DNA from: Chiloscyllium plagiosum
Taxonomy: Eukaryota
Assembly: GCF_004010195.1 (NCBI RefSeq)
Contig: NC_057754.1
Coordinates: forward strand, 9,737,700 to 9,801,699
DNA length: 64,000 nucleotides
Direction of reading: 5' to 3'
The position numbers and the translations under genes were made by a program. Of the stretch, positions 37,410 through 50,568 are shown in pieces; positions within the stretch are counted from its first letter, which is position 1, and each line of letters opens with the position of its first letter. Below the pieces are notes generated by a model. It saw nothing but the letters and a program-made list of their open reading frames with translations, was not told the DNA's origin and ran no database searches.

Positions 37410-37840
37410 TAGTTACAATACATGTCTAGTCAAGTTCAGTTTTCGATCAATGGTAAATTTCTCTACCCCCCCCACCCCAAATTGGGGGATTCAGAGATTG
37501 CAATGTCATAGAATGTAAAAGGCCAATGTCGAAACTTTATCTTTGAGTGGTTCAAATATTATCTGAGGCAATGCACAAAAGGGTAGAGACATGTCAAGAT
37601 CATGTAATGACCGTGTTACCCTAAAGAGAGGAAAGAAATAATACAATCAGCCATAGAAACTGGAATTTTCTTCTGAATTTCAGTTCTGGTCTCACCTTTG
37701 ATGCGTAAACAGCTAAATCTTCTCAGTAAAAAGCTGCTTCACAGAGGAGGAAAATAACAAAAAGCTTCAAATAATTGGCAAAAAAGGAGTTACCGTGATC
37801 TGGAATGCACTGCCTGATGATGGCATGGAAGAGAATTGTG

Positions 37841-38049
37841 CTTAAAAATGTGTTGCTGGAAAAGCGTAGCAGGTCAGGCAGCATCAAAGGAACAGGAGAA
37901 TCGACGTTTCGGGCATAAGCCCTTGAAGAAGGGCTTATGCCCGAAACATCGATTCTCCTGTTCCCTTTGATGCTGCCTGACCTGCTGCGCTTTTCCAGCA
38001 ACACATTTTTAAGCTCTGATCTCCAGCATCTGCAGTCCTCACTTTCTCC
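37841..38049. mobile_element. PLE family A near-perfect hairpin insertion
   Basis: TSD tggaagagaa(t/c)tgtg (37826-37840 / 38050-38064); the arms meet at the hammerhead core (gcccttgaagaagggc). Confidence 0.9.
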
Positions 38050-38940
38050 TGGAAGAGAACTGTGTTGATGTCACTGAACTGGTATTCCTGAGGAGCAGGT
38101 AATTGTTCAAGGACACTGGCTTGAACTGCATCGTATCAGCTGCGTAATGAATTACAAACATAATGTGCCAGAGAAACTCATCAGCCATTTGGCATAGAGA
38201 AGAAGTCTACACATGGACAGAGCTGGAGACAGTTTTTTTAAAATCTGGAGATTGAAAGCTGAATATTGGATTATTCAAGGAAGAGTCTTTTTTTTTAGTG
38301 AAGTGTTTGATTTCTTTTTAATATTTATAATTTTTTTCTTTTTTTCATGCTTAATATTAAAATTATTACTATTATTAAGATTAAACTGTGATTAAGGAAA
38401 GGTAATTTATTTTTCCATACCACGTTTATTGAGAGCTTTGTAGACTTAAATGTCATTGAGGGCATACAAGAGACACGAAGTGCGATGGCTAGTAGATTTA
38501 GAGAAGTGATTACACAACAGGACCAGCCAGATAGATGATTGGAAAGGTAAGAAGGTGGATACATCCCCGGGACCTGATCAGGTGTACCCTAGAATTTTGA
38601 GGGAAGCTGGATTGCTGGGCCCCTTGCTGAGATATTTGTATCGTTGATAGCCACGGGGGAGGTGTTGGAAGACTGGAAGTTGGCTATCATGGTGCCATTA
38701 TTTAAGAAAGGTGATCATGCAAAACCAGGGAACAATAGACCAGTGAGCTTGATGTCAGTGGTGGATAAGTTGTTGGAGGGGATTCTGAGCGACGAAGAGC
38801 ATTGGTGAAGGCAGAGTGGTAGACGTTGTGTATATGGACTTCAGCAAGGCATTCAACAAGGTTCCTCATAGTAGACTGGTTAACAAGGTTGGATAACATG
38901 GAATACAGAGAGAACTAAGCATTTGGATTCAAAATTGTCT

Positions 38941-39069
38941 AGGAGAAAGTGAGGAATGCAGATGCTGGAGGTCAGAGCTGAAAAATGTGTTGCTGGAAAA
39001 GCGCAGCAGGTTAGGCAGCATCCAAGGAGCAGGAGAATCGAGGTTTTGGGTATAAGCCCTTCTTCAGGA
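38941..39069 (-). mobile_element. PLE family A single-arm insertion in CR1
   Basis: TSD attcaaaattgtct (38927-38940 / 39070-39083); the element begins at ttcctgaagaaggg. Confidence 0.88.
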
Positions 39070-39131
39070 ATTCAAAATTGTCTCAATGGTACAAGAAGTG
39101 GGTGGTGATGGGGGACTGTTTTCCCTGCAGA

Positions 39132-39362
39132 TGATGTGGAGAAACCGATATTGGAGTGGGGCGAACAAAGTTAAAAATCACACAACACCAGGTTATAGTC
39201 CAACAGGTTTATTTAGAAGCACTAGCTTTCAGAGTGCTGCTCCTTCATCAGGTAGCTGTGCTATCTGTGCATTCAGCTACCCGATGAAGGAGCAGCACTC
39301 CGAAAGCATGTGCTTCTAAATAAACCTGTAAGACTATAACCTGGTGTTGTGTGATTTTTAAC
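39132..39362. mobile_element. PLE family B hairpin insertion
   Basis: TSD ttcc(c/t)tgcaga; inverted arms; minus-strand ctgatgaaggagcagcactctgaaagctagtg hammerhead. Confidence 0.85.
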
Positions 39363-40479
39363 TTCCTTGCAGAGGGCAGTGTATTGGGAGTTTGTACTCT
39401 GCTGCTGTTGTAATGGAGGCTGATGTGGCCTGTAGAGATGTGACCTAAGGTGCTGCAGCCTGTCTGCCTGCCTGAAAGCACTCCAGCTTGGGATTTGCTG
39501 TGGTCCCCTGAGAAGCATGGTGGCCTGCACTTCTGTGCCTAAGATTCCTGGAGCCTGGATTACTTCTTCAGTTGAGGATTCAGGCCTGGACATGAATTGC
39601 TTTGGGCCTGAACACTTGCAGTGAGAGACTGTACTTTGGAATCTGGGGGCTGGGCCATCTCCTTGTCCTGGGCCATGTAGCATTACTTTGTGACTGTGCC
39701 TTATTTACTGCCAGTGACTATTGTCTTTGGGCATTGGGGGCTGTTGTGTTGCACCTAAGAGTTGGGTGGCAGGTTGGGACATGACTGTCTGAGGTGACTA
39801 GACTGGCAAGCGAGGCCTAACGGGACTCTCGTTTCCTTTACTTGCTGTTTGTGTGAGAGGAGATGTTGGTGCTGGTTTGGGAGGGAGCGGAGCAGAGGAC
39901 TTTCTAAAATAATATCCAGAGTGGGGCCCAATTGTTCCTATGTGGTGGTTGCATCCTCTCCGTCCCCTTGGGAGCCTCATCGCTCTTTTAATTATGTAAC
40001 AAAACACCTCCGGGTGTAAAATGTTGCATTCACCCCAACATGACCATTGAGGCATATACAGCGGCCTTGGTGGGGGTAGTTGATGCCCCTGTCATTGTTG
40101 CTATGTTGAAGATGTATGGGAAGGTGATGTTCTTCCTGAAGAATAAAGAACATTACAGCACAGGAACAGGCCCTTTGGCCCTCCAATCCTGCGCCAATCC
40201 AATTCCTCTATCTAAACCTGTCACCTATTTTCTAAGGATCTGTATCCCTCTGCTCCCTGTCCATTCACATGTCTGTCTACTTACAACTTAATTGATTCTT
40301 TTGTGTCCACCTCTACCATCTCCCCGGCAACGCGTTCCAGACACCCACCACCCTCTGCGTAAATAACTTTCCACGCATATCTCCCCCCCCTTAAACTTAT
40401 CCTCTCTCACCTTAAACTCGTGGCCCTTAGTAATTGAGTCCCCCACTGTGGGAAAAAGCTTCTTACTATCCACTCTGTC

Positions 40480-40714
40480 TACACCCTGTATCCCCCATTA
40501 TCCGAAAGTAGAGCATTCCTATGGTACCTTTCGTAAGTCAAAGCGGCGTAAAGTGAAGAAGCATTAATTTATATGGGAGAAATTTCCACCTTTTTTAGTA
40601 AAAATGAAAATCCTCTTCGGAGTTCTTTCTGTTGGCAAAAACAGGTACTAATGTCGGTCTTTCGTAAAAGCGAAATGGCAAAAAGTGAAATTTGAAAAAC
40701 CAGGGATACCCGTA
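40480..40714. mobile_element. Probable Tc1/mariner (Tigger-like) MITE inside a minus-strand CR1 (40146-40905)
   Basis: Imperfect TIRs gtatcccccattatccgaaa / tttgaaaaaccagggatac next to TA; CR1 sequence resumes on both sides. Confidence 0.5.
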
Positions 40715-40905
40715 TAGCTCTCATGATTTTGTAGATCTCAGTCAGGTCCCCCTTCAACCTCGATCTTTCTAATAAAAATAATCCTAATCTACTCAACGTC
40801 TCTTCATAGCTAGCGCCCTCCATACCAGGCAACATCCTGGTGAACCTCCTCTGCACCCTGTCCAAAGCATCCCCATCCTTTTGGTAATGTGGCGACCAGA
40901 ACTGT

Positions 40906-41285
40906 ACCTTTTTCATATGAAACATCGTTGCAGCAAAAGACTGAAGATGACCCAGGTAGATCGTCAGCCAGAGGGAGACAGACACCGACGGCAGCCGCTG
41001 TGTGGTTTTGAAATTGAGTTGATGTAATTTTAATACCAGTTTTTGTGGGAACAGTATATTGTTGGAGGCAGATAACAACGCATTTAAGAGAAAGGAGATA
41101 TGGAGTTGTAAATAGTTGTTGTTTAACATTCACTTTTAGAGTTAAAGAATAAATTGATATTTATTTCTTTAAATAGTGGAATTTGGGAGTTCACTGTCAC
41201 TCATACTTTAACAGATTATGAGGCGAGGTGAGCTTTTCTGGGTGTTTGGTTTAATTAGCAGAAGGGTTCACCATCGTGTCATAAC
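40906..41285 (+). mobile_element. Probable LTR 3' fragment
   Basis: AATAAA followed by a U5-like tract ending gtcataaCA; a second fragment ending gtcataaca lies at ~44605-44905. Confidence 0.45.
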
Positions 41286-43500
41286 AACAACAAACAGGGT
41301 GGGCGGAGAGTGTCTGAAGGAGAGGAATGTCCGGGGGGGAAGACTGAACATTTCAGGGTGGCCTCCCAGGAGGATTCCCTGAGTGACTCCGAGACCATCG
41401 ACCCCCAGTCTGGGCGGAGCTTCCTCGCAAAGGTGCACGGTCCCATGCCCATTGGGAATTGGACCATGATCCAGGGCCTATCGGTGATGAAAGCTGGAAG
41501 GAGCAGATGGATGTCCCCAGTTTCCTTTGGCCCCGGCGTGCTTGTGAGGAACAGGAAAAATGGAGGTCATTTTGGGTGGGGAGGCGGCAAGACAGTGGAG
41601 ACTTGTCTCTTGTTCTCCCCACCCCTCCCGGAAAAGGTGCTACTCTTCTTGGTCGGACAGCGGTGGGGTGGGGGGGGTGGCGGAAGTTCCAGTACTAAAA
41701 GCATGTACCCCAGAAACACCTCTTCCCCCCCTCACTAGGGGGGGTGGAACATGAACCCACCCTCTGCCATCCACTGCAACTGTGCCAGGCGCTGAGGTGG
41801 GCATGGGCGCTAAGGAGCTGGGGGTGCAGGTTTCCGAACCGTTGTTTTAGCCAATGTTTTAGCCAATGTCTGGTATACTCTCAAGACTTGGAGGTTCCTG
41901 TGAAGAATCCTCCTGCTTTTGACCCTGGTTGGGGGTGTGGGGTCACAATCGGGAGTTGTGGCCAACTGGCGGCTCCTGGTGACCGACACCCTCAGCACTC
42001 GATGGAGATCTTGAGACTCAAGGAGCATGTGCCAGGCCGTCTGCTCCAACTTGTGGTTGGTTTCCGTGAACACATACACGCCTTGGATGGGATCTGAGCA
42101 GACGTGCTTCTTCGAGGTTATGTCTACTCTTAGTTTAATCAGTGAGGGCGAACTCATCCTTCTTGGGGGAGATTTCGATAGCACCCTCGAGAGGTGGGAC
42201 CATGGTAGTGCCTAGAAGAGCTCAGTAGGGAAGTTGAGGGACTTGGTTAAGACCTTTGCCTTGGTAAATGTCTGGTGAAATCTCCATCCTGATTCCATTG
42301 CTTTCACTTTCGTGAGGCCTGGGGTCGGGGCGTCCAGAGTTGACCACTTCTGCATTTCACAGACGCACGCCTCCTGTGTTCAGAAGGCCTGCTGGCGTGA
42401 GGGGAGCTCCTTCTGTTCCACGCCAGGGTGAGCGTAATGGCACTTTTAACAACCTGCTGCTGGAGGATGAACGGTTCCAAGACTCGTTTCGTTCCCTTCT
42501 GGAGAAGGAAGTGGAAGGGGCTCCCCGCCTGGAGGCTGCAATGGGACGTGGATAAGGCTCACGTCCATGTCTGCTGTCAGCTGAATGCTTGGTGGGGGGG
42601 GGGGGGGGAGGGGGGTGGGGGAGTGGGGGTTGACGAAGAGGCGGAAATCCAGGATCGAGGAATTGGAGAAGGAGGTGTTCGACCTGGAGTCACGTCTCGG
42701 TCAGCGCGATGTGGACCTGGCCCTGCAAGGGTTGTATTAAGAGAACGGGGCTGCGCTCCAGAATCTGCATCTCATTGGGTCCCAGGGCACATCCGTGAGA
42801 TCGTGGGTCCAGTTTCTTTGGGATCACCACTGCGACTCTCCCTTCTTCTGCTCGCAGGGACCCGTAATCTTCACAAGGCACTCCACAGCAACATACAGCG
42901 GTCGGAACTGGGGAGGGGAGAAAGTCCGTCCTGAAGCTGGAAGTTCACAGAGTCTCGTCATCCCATTCTGTCGAACGTCTTTTCCTCATCAATGAAGTAA
43001 AGGCACAAATACGGGCTACTGGGTATGGTCTTACAGCCATTTTGGATGCATGTCTGCAAGGAGATCATGGCCACTCAATACATATTCAGGGGTATGTTAG
43101 AGAGGAAACTAAGAGTAGGAATTAATAGGTCCTTTTCAAATTTGCAGGCAGTAACTAGTGGGGTGTCACAGGGATCAGTGCTGGGTGCCCAGCTATATAT
43201 ATTAATAATTTGGATGAGGGAACAGAATGTAACATCTCAAAGTTTGCAGATGATACCAAGTTGGGTGGGAGGGTGAACTGTGATGAAGATGCAGAGATCC
43301 TTCAGCATGATCTGAACAGGTTGGGTGAGTGGGCACATCAATGGCAGTATAATTTGGATAAATCTGAGGTTATTCACTTTGGAAGCAAAAACAGGAAGGC
43401 AGATTGGCTGTACATTGGGAGAGGGGAGTGTGCCGTGGGACCTGGGTGTCCTGGTGCACCAGTCGCTGAAGGTAAGCATGCAGGTGCAGCAGGCGGTAAA

Positions 43501-43975
43501 GTAAGTATACACACTTGAGCGCATCCCTGTATCCGCAAGTATTCCCTGTCAGTGCTACCTTCTCCACAGCCACCCTACATTCTTGGACATCCTGAAAAAC
43601 AGCTAACCTACTTGCTGGACTACAAGTCCGGATCCCATCCCCCTGCCAAAGTAGTTTAAACCCCCTCCGAAGAGTGCTAGCAAACCTACCTCCCAGGATA
43701 TTGGTGCCCTTCTGGTTCAGGTGCAACCCGTCCTGCTTGTACAGGTCCCACCTTCCCCAGAATGCAGTCCAATTGTCCAAATACCTGAAGCCCTCCCTCC
43801 TACACCATCCTTGCAGCCACGTGTTCAACTGCACTCTGTCCCTATTCCTTGCCTCACTGTCACGTGGCACCGGCAACAACCCAGAGATGACGACTCTGTC
43901 CGTCCTAGCTTTTAGCTTCCAGCCTAACTCCCTGAGCTCCTGAATGACCTCCCCACCCCTCTTCCTACCTATGTA
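43501..43975 (-). mobile_element. CR1 ORF1 SGNH-esterase fragment
   Basis: RVVISGLLPVP...LNTWLQGWCRREGFRYLDNW..FWGRWDLYKQDGLHLNQKG (DxLH motif); flanked by plus-strand CR1 RT pieces. Confidence 0.88.
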
Positions 43976-45340
43976 CAAGGATGCAGAAGTTATAATGTAG
44001 TTAGACAAAACCCTGGTTAGATGCCATTCAGGAGAGATGTTAGGAAGCATTTCTACACATGAAGGATGGTAGACGTTTGGACCTATCTTCCACAAAAGGC
44101 AGTGGATGCTGGATCAGTCATTAATTTTGAATCTAAGATTTTTCTTAAGGGATATAGGCCAAAGGCAGGTATGTGAAGTTAGGCCCCAGATCAGCCATGA
44201 TCTCATTGAATGGTGGAACAAGCTTGAGGAGCTCTATGGGCTGCTCCTGTTCCTAGAAGCAGAGAAAGAATTGGAAGATAATGAGGATATGTAACAATAT
44301 TAATCGCGAGTGACTTTAACTTTCATGTAGATTGGGAAAGTTAGATGGGCCGAGTTAACCATGAGGAACAAGTCATAGAATGTATTCAGGATAGTTTCTG
44401 ACAACAATATATTGTACAGGTATCAGGCTATTTTGGATCTGGTGATGAGAAATGATGTCAGAGCAAAAAACTCCCAAGGAAACAGTGACCATAACGAAAA
44501 CAATAACCAGGGAATTTGACATTCGGTTTGACAGGGAGGCACTTGGGTCAGAAGCAACAGTGCTAAGCTTAAATAAGGTTAATTAACAAGGAATGAGGGC
44601 AGAGTTTTATTTGTTTATCTGCCTTTTCTGTGAAGGGGGCTCGACAATGATTAGGTTACTTTGTTGTTTAATTTCGCTCTGCTCAAGTCAATGTACTGTT
44701 AATAAATTGCTAAGTCTTTTGTTTAAGCTGCAAACCAGTGTTGAGAATTGATTATTCACAGACCCTGGGATTAGTCATTCAAAAGTCTGGTTAGGGACCA
44801 GTGGGGTCAATTTTGAGGATCTTTGAAAGTGTTAAATTTTACTGTGTTGCAAATACAGAGGTAGAAAGACTGGTTTGGTTTGGCCGGCCGTCTCCATGTC
44901 ATAACAACATAAAAAGGGAGAGAAAAGCCAAAGCAAACGTAGGCCCTTTCGAGAATGAGGCTGAAGAAATACTAATGGAGAACAATGAAATGAGAGATGA
45001 GTTGAAGAAATACTTTGCATCAGTATTTACAGTAGAAGACATGAATACCATTCCAGAATTACTAAATAATAAGGGACAAGAGGGGTGGAAATAAATACAA
45101 TAATCATCACTAAAGAAAAAGTGCCAGCGCAACCAAAGGAGCTGAATATTGATAGGTCCCCTGGATGCATCCGAGGTTATTAAAGGATATTCAGAGTCAG
45201 TGGATACTCTGGTGGTAACCTTCCAAAAATCCTTAGATTCTGGAAAAAAACGTCCTAAAGGATTGGAAAACAGCCAATGCGACAACTTTAGTTGAAAAGG
45301 GGCGGAGACAAAAACCAGGAATTATTGACCAGCTAGCTTA

Positions 45341-45830
45341 ACATCTGGGGGAAAGCTGGGCGGGATGCATACGCAGGTAGGAGGTGGCTGTGATTGGGGA
45401 AGGGTGAACAGGTGGGAAGGAGGATGGACAGTTTAGGAAGTCAGGGGTAGAGAGGGAGGGCTGGGTCTGCAATGAGGTGGGTGGGGTGGGGAGATTTGGA
45501 TGCTGGTGAATTCTATGTCGAGACCATATGATTGTAAGCTCCCAAGGTGGAAGATGAGGTGTTCCTCCTCCAGTTTGCGTGTGGCCTTGTGTTGAGGAGG
45601 CACAGGGTGGACATGTCATTGGGAGAGTTGAAATGGATGGCGACTGAAAGCTGGGCTTGATTGGATGGTACACACCATAAATGTTCCCTGAACTGCTCCC
45701 TGAGTTTGTGCTCGGTCTCGCCAATGTTGAGGAGACACACTGGGAGCAACAAACGTAATAAATCAGGTTCGAGGAAATGCACGTGAATCTCTGCCAGACT
45801 TGATTCATCTGTGCTTCTGCTACTGGGCTT
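45341..45830 (-). mobile_element. PLE GIY-YIG endonuclease remnant
   Basis: RFTCISSNLIYYVCCSQC...NIGETEHKLREQFREHL...VAIHFNS. Confidence 0.85.
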
Positions 45831-47242
45831 AATATCTGCTGGTGCAGAACTGTGTCTGCAATGCCGACAGTCCCTAGGATGAGGTAGGTCATGCTTTTTG
45901 GAGCCAATGGATGAAAGATGGTGTAAGTTCGCTGACAATCCAACCCATATTTTCTGACCAATTTCCATTCATTCTATTGCCTGGTCCTTCACTCCACACA
46001 GCCTGATCTGTGTAAAGTTGTAGATGATCATCAATGGAAAACTAGTTACAAAACACAAAGTTGGGATTACAATAGCTACTCAGACGGAGAGATAGTGGGA
46101 AGTGATGTTCCTCAGGAAGCGATACTGGGACTACTATCATTCCCAATTTACCTCAGAAAATAGAATGTCAATTTTAAAATGTGGAAGTAAAATTATTGTC
46201 AATTACAGAAGAGCATTCCCAAAAAGTCAACAAAGTTTTGTTGTACAGTTCACTAAATCTTTATTTCAACAGCACAACATAACAAGGACACCAGGAAGTG
46301 AATACTTGCTTTAGAATTACTATATTAGGAGGTATAATTAATACTGACAAAGACTACATCAAAGTCCTGCTGTTTAACATCAAACAAAGAGTTTGTGGAA
46401 ACACACTGCAGGTCCTTCTTTATCAGAGACTAAACGTCTGTTGTATAATTGTACCAGCAGTCAAAAGAGTCCTGGGAACTCATTCATCTGCATTTAAAAT
46501 CGAGACAGTAATCTGTTTTTCCTTCTTGACTACATTTTACTATGTTAGAGATGCTACATAAATACAAGTTTTTGTTGGTTGACTGGACTAACACACACAC
46601 AACAATGACATTTTACACAATAATGACCACAATTAGAATCATAGAAGTGTTACGACACAGAAGGCGGCCATTTGATCCACTATGTCTGTGCTGCGAACAA
46701 GCATCATTTATTACATTTACAAATCCTTTGCCCTGTTCTTGATCCTTGTGTGAAGCTTTCTTCCTATCTGTTCTATCCAGACCTCATGATATTGAACATT
46801 TCTATGAGGTCACCTCTTAACCTTATTCTTTCAAAGAGGAACAGTCCAAACCTCTCCAATTTATCCTCAGAACTGAAGTGTCACATTCCTGGAAACATTT
46901 TTGTAAATCTCTGCTCCATTCTCTACAATGTGTGTTCACATCTTTGATAGTGTAGTGTCCAGAACTGTACACAATACTCTCAGGTCTAACAAATGTCATT
47001 AAAAAAAAGAGGTTCAACATCTCCTGCTTGTTATTGTACTCTATGCCCCAATCAGTAATGCATGCTTGATTCACATTTTTCAAGTTGGAAACTTAATACT
47101 TCACTTGCAGTCACGAATAGATCACAGGTTGGCACCAATCTTCAATTTTTCAGCACGTTTCCATCATTCACTGTGGTTCTTTTTGACTCTAAATACTTGT
47201 AAAGAAGCATCTGCTCCATGCCTTGGCAGCTCTGAATCGTGG

Positions 47243-47532
47243 AAGTGGCTCAGTGGTTAGCACTGCGGCCTCACAACGCCAGGGTCCTGGGTTCAATTCC
47301 AGCCTCGGGTGACTATGTGGAGGTTTGCACATTCTCCCCGTGTCTGCGTGGGTTTCCTCTCACAGTCCAAAGATGTGCAGGTTAGGTGGATTGGCCATGC
47401 TAAATTACTCATAGTGTTCAGGGATGTATAGGTTAAGTGCATTAGTCAGGGGAAATGTAGAGTGATATGGTAGGGGTTTGGGTGGACTTGTTGGGCTGAA
47501 CAGCCTGTTTGCATACTGTAGAGATTCTATGA
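47243..47532 (+). mobile_element. HE1-like SINE
   Basis: gtggctcagtggttagcactgc, ggttcaattcc B box, V-domain and CR1-like tail. Confidence 0.88.
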
Positions 47533-47889
47533 TGCTATAACAGTAGCTGGAGCACACCTCAAGATTGACCCTTTGGTCTTTCTCATCTCTCATCATTGAC
47601 AGCAAAGTGCCATTTGCCCTCTCAATGTAACCCTGAAGGACTGCTTTGTTCCTGCCATATGACCTTCTCCCGACAAGCCTGTCCTTTCTGAGCTCCAGTC
47701 AGATTATGTCAAACACTCAGTGGAAAGTTCAGGGATAGTTAGGTCTCTACAATAATATATTTAGAACGAATCTGCTATGTGGCATTTCTCCAGCATGTTA
47801 AATAGCAATCTGCTATGGTTTATTAATGTCAGTCGAAATAAGCCCCAATGATGAACACAATTAATAACAGCAGGAACAAACCCTTGCAA

Positions 47890-48807
47890 TCACTTGTGAA
47901 TTCGCTGGTGTGTCAGACAAGAGGATGACTGAGTGAATCCCTTCCCACAGATAGGGCAAGTGAACGGTCTCTCCCCGGTGTGAACCCGTTGGTGTGTCAG
48001 CAGATTCCTTCGACTTTTAAAGGTCTTCTCACAGTCAGAGCATTGAAAAGGTCTCTGATCAGTGTGAACAAGTTGATGTGTCAGAAGGTGGGATGATCGA
48101 GTAAATCCCTTGCCGCATGCAGAGCAGGTGAACGGCCTCTCTCCTGTGTGAACGCGCTGGTGGGTCAGCAGGTCAGATGAATTCGTGAATCCCTTGCCGC
48201 ATATGGAGCAGGTGAATGGCCTCTCCCCGGTGTGAATATACTGGTGTGTGAGTAGTTTTGATGGCCGAATAAATCCCTTTCCGCAGACAGAGCAGGTGAA
48301 TGGGCTGGCCCCAGTGTGGATCCGCTGGTGTTTCAGAAATCTGGACAGTCGATTAAATCCGTCCCCACAGAAGGAACAGATAAAAAGACTCTCCCTTGTG
48401 TGAATGCGCTGGTGTGTCAGCAGGTAGGATGACTGTGTGAACCCCTTTCCGCACTCAGAGCAGGTGAATGGCCTCTCTCCGGTGTGAATTTGCTGGTGTC
48501 TCAGAAGGCTTGAGGAGTGACTGAATACTTTGCCGCACAACGAGCAGATGAGTGAAATCTGCTGTGTGTGAACCCGCCGGTGTCTCAGCAGGTTGGAGGA
48601 ATGAGTGAATCCCTTCCCGCACTCGGAGCAGGTGAATGGTCTCTCCCCGGTGTGACTGCGTCGATGGGTTTCCAGCTTTGATGGGGAGCTGAACCCCTTT
48701 CCACAGTCCCCGCATTTCCACGGTTTTTCCGTGGAGCTGGTGTTCTCCTCTCTCTCCAGACTGGATGATGAGTTGATGCCTTGGCCACACACACACACAC
48801 ACAACAC
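47890..48807 (-). CDS. Tandem C2H2 zinc-finger ORF (gene C), 10 intact fingers, no in-frame ATG
   Basis: Ten CxxC-x12-HxxxH units ending HQRIHK*; upstream acceptor ccttttacag|C at 48995-48996; AATAAA at 47819-47824; start codon uncertain. Confidence 0.8.
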   Translation of the reverse strand: MLCVCVCGQGINSSSSLEREENTSSTEKPWKCGDCGKGFSSPSKLETHRRSHTGERPFTCSECGKGFTHSSNLLRHRRVHTQQISLICSLCGKVFSHSSSLLRHQQIHTGERPFTCSECGKGFTQSSYLLTHQRIHTRESLFICSFCGDGFNRLSRFLKHQRIHTGASPFTCSVCGKGFIRPSKLLTHQYIHTGERPFTCSICGKGFTNSSDLLTHQRVHTGERPFTCSACGKGFTRSSHLLTHQLVHTDQRPFQCSDCEKTFKSRRNLLTHQRVHTGERPFTCPICGKGFTQSSSCLTHQRIHK

Positions 48808-49604
48808 GTTTACAATCTCTCCCTGTTGTGAATTTTGTGAAGGTTTATCAATTCATTCAGTTTGTCAGTACATTTCTGCATCTATATTAAAAGGCAAATT
48901 ATGTTCAGCTCCTCATCTACTGACTGAATCTATCAGGTTGAGACATGACGCTTGGTTTGAGTTCCATGTCTGCACATCCTTCCATTCTCAAGAGCTGTAA
49001 AAGGAAAGAACAGAAATTCAGAACAGATGATTCTAATTGCTTTTTGTAGTTTGCTCATGGGATGTGGGCTTCACTGGCAAAACCCTGTATTTACCAAAGG
49101 TGTGCGATAGACTCTGTCTTGTTGCAGATGGTCACTGTGTAGCATGTTAGTGAATTGTTGTGAATCAGTCCAAGCCTGAATGCTGCTTTGATTTTCTTTC
49201 ACATGGACTTGGGACTGCTTCATTATCTCATGAGCTGCGAGTGGAATTGAGCGCTGTGTATTCATCATCAAACATCCTCACTTTTGATAAAGAGAGTGCA
49301 ATTCATGAAGCAGTTGAAGGTGGTTGGGTCTGGGACACTGTGCTGCACAACTCAGACTGACGTCTTAAGGTTGGGATGATTACTTTTCAACAACCACAAG
49401 CATCTCCCTTTTGTTCTGGGCATCACTCCAGTCAAGAGATTTCCTCTTGATTACCATTAACTTCAACACTTCTCAGGCTCATCAATTCTTTCTTAGATCA
49501 CATTTTGCCTTCTTAGCAAGGGCAGAACCCACCTCATCTCTTGAACTGAGTTCAGTTTTTGAGCTCATTGGTTAGGGAGGGGCCAGAAATAGACAGGCAC
49601 CACA

Positions 49605-50470
49605 TCATTCAGTCCAACTCGTCCATGCCGACCAGATATCCTAAATCAATCTTGTTCCATTTGCCAGCATTTGACCCATATCTCTCCAAACCCTTCCTAT
49701 TCATATAACCATCCAGATGCCTTTTAAATGCTGTAATTGTATCAGCCTCCACCACTTCCTCTGGCAGCTCATTCCATACACACATGTAACAGTTGCCCCT
49801 TAGATCCCAGTTATATCTTTCCCCTCTCACCCTAAACCTATGCCCTCTGGTTTTGGACTCCCCCACCCCAGGGAAAATACTTGTCTATTTACACTATCCA
49901 TGCACTTCATGATTTTATAAACCTCTATAAGGTCACCCCTCAGCCTCCAATGCTCCAGGGAAAACAGCCCCAGCCCGTTCAGCCTCTCCCTATAGCTCAA
50001 ACCCTCCAACCCTGGCAACATCCTTGTAAATCTGTTCTGAACCCTTTCAAGTTTCACAACATCGTTCCTAGAGCAGGGAGAGCAGAACTGAATGCAGTAT
50101 TCCAAAAGTGGCCTAAGCAATGTCCTGTATAGCTGCAACATGACCTCCCAACATTTACAATCAATGCACTGACCAATAAAGGAAAGCATACCAAACGCCT
50201 TCTCCACTACCCTGTCTACCCACAACTCTGCTTTCAAGGAACTATGAACCTGTACTCCAACGTCTCTTTCTTCAGCAACACTCCTCAGGACCTTACCATG
50301 TGTTAGCCCTGCCTTAATCTGCCCAACCAAAATGTAGCACCTCACAATTATCTAGATTAAACTCCATCTGCCACTCCTTGGCCCATCTGATCAAGGTCCT
50401 GTTGTACTCCTGAGGTAACCTTCGTTGTCTACTACACTGTCAATTTTGGTGTCATCTGCAAACTTACTGA
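49605..50470 (-). mobile_element. CR1 LINE 3' part
   Basis: SKFADDTKI, RPLLEYCIQF, KRHLDGYMNRKG. Confidence 0.92.
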
Positions 50471-50568
50471 CGATCAAAATGTTAAAGGCAGTTTGACCTG
50501 AGCAGCTCATAGAAGGGAGGGATGCAACAGAGGAAACAGATCTCACTGTTTCAATCTTAGTGACAGAG

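Larger units (their letters stand above)
39375..42860 (+). mobile_element. Tx1-clade LINE remnant (5' part, ORF1, APE endonuclease) with nested CR1, MITE and LTR pieces
   Basis: ORF1-like HPNMTIEAYTAALVGVV...KMYGKVMFFLK (~40030-40145); EN-like VPGRLLQL...VNTYTP...LILLGGDF, SRVD, FNNLLLEDERF...WDVDK (42000-42580). Confidence 0.8.

Noticed and set aside
43370..44095. 241-aa ORF as a host esterase gene
   Set aside because: Chimeric ORF; the core is CR1 ORF1 esterase sandwiched between other CR1 pieces.
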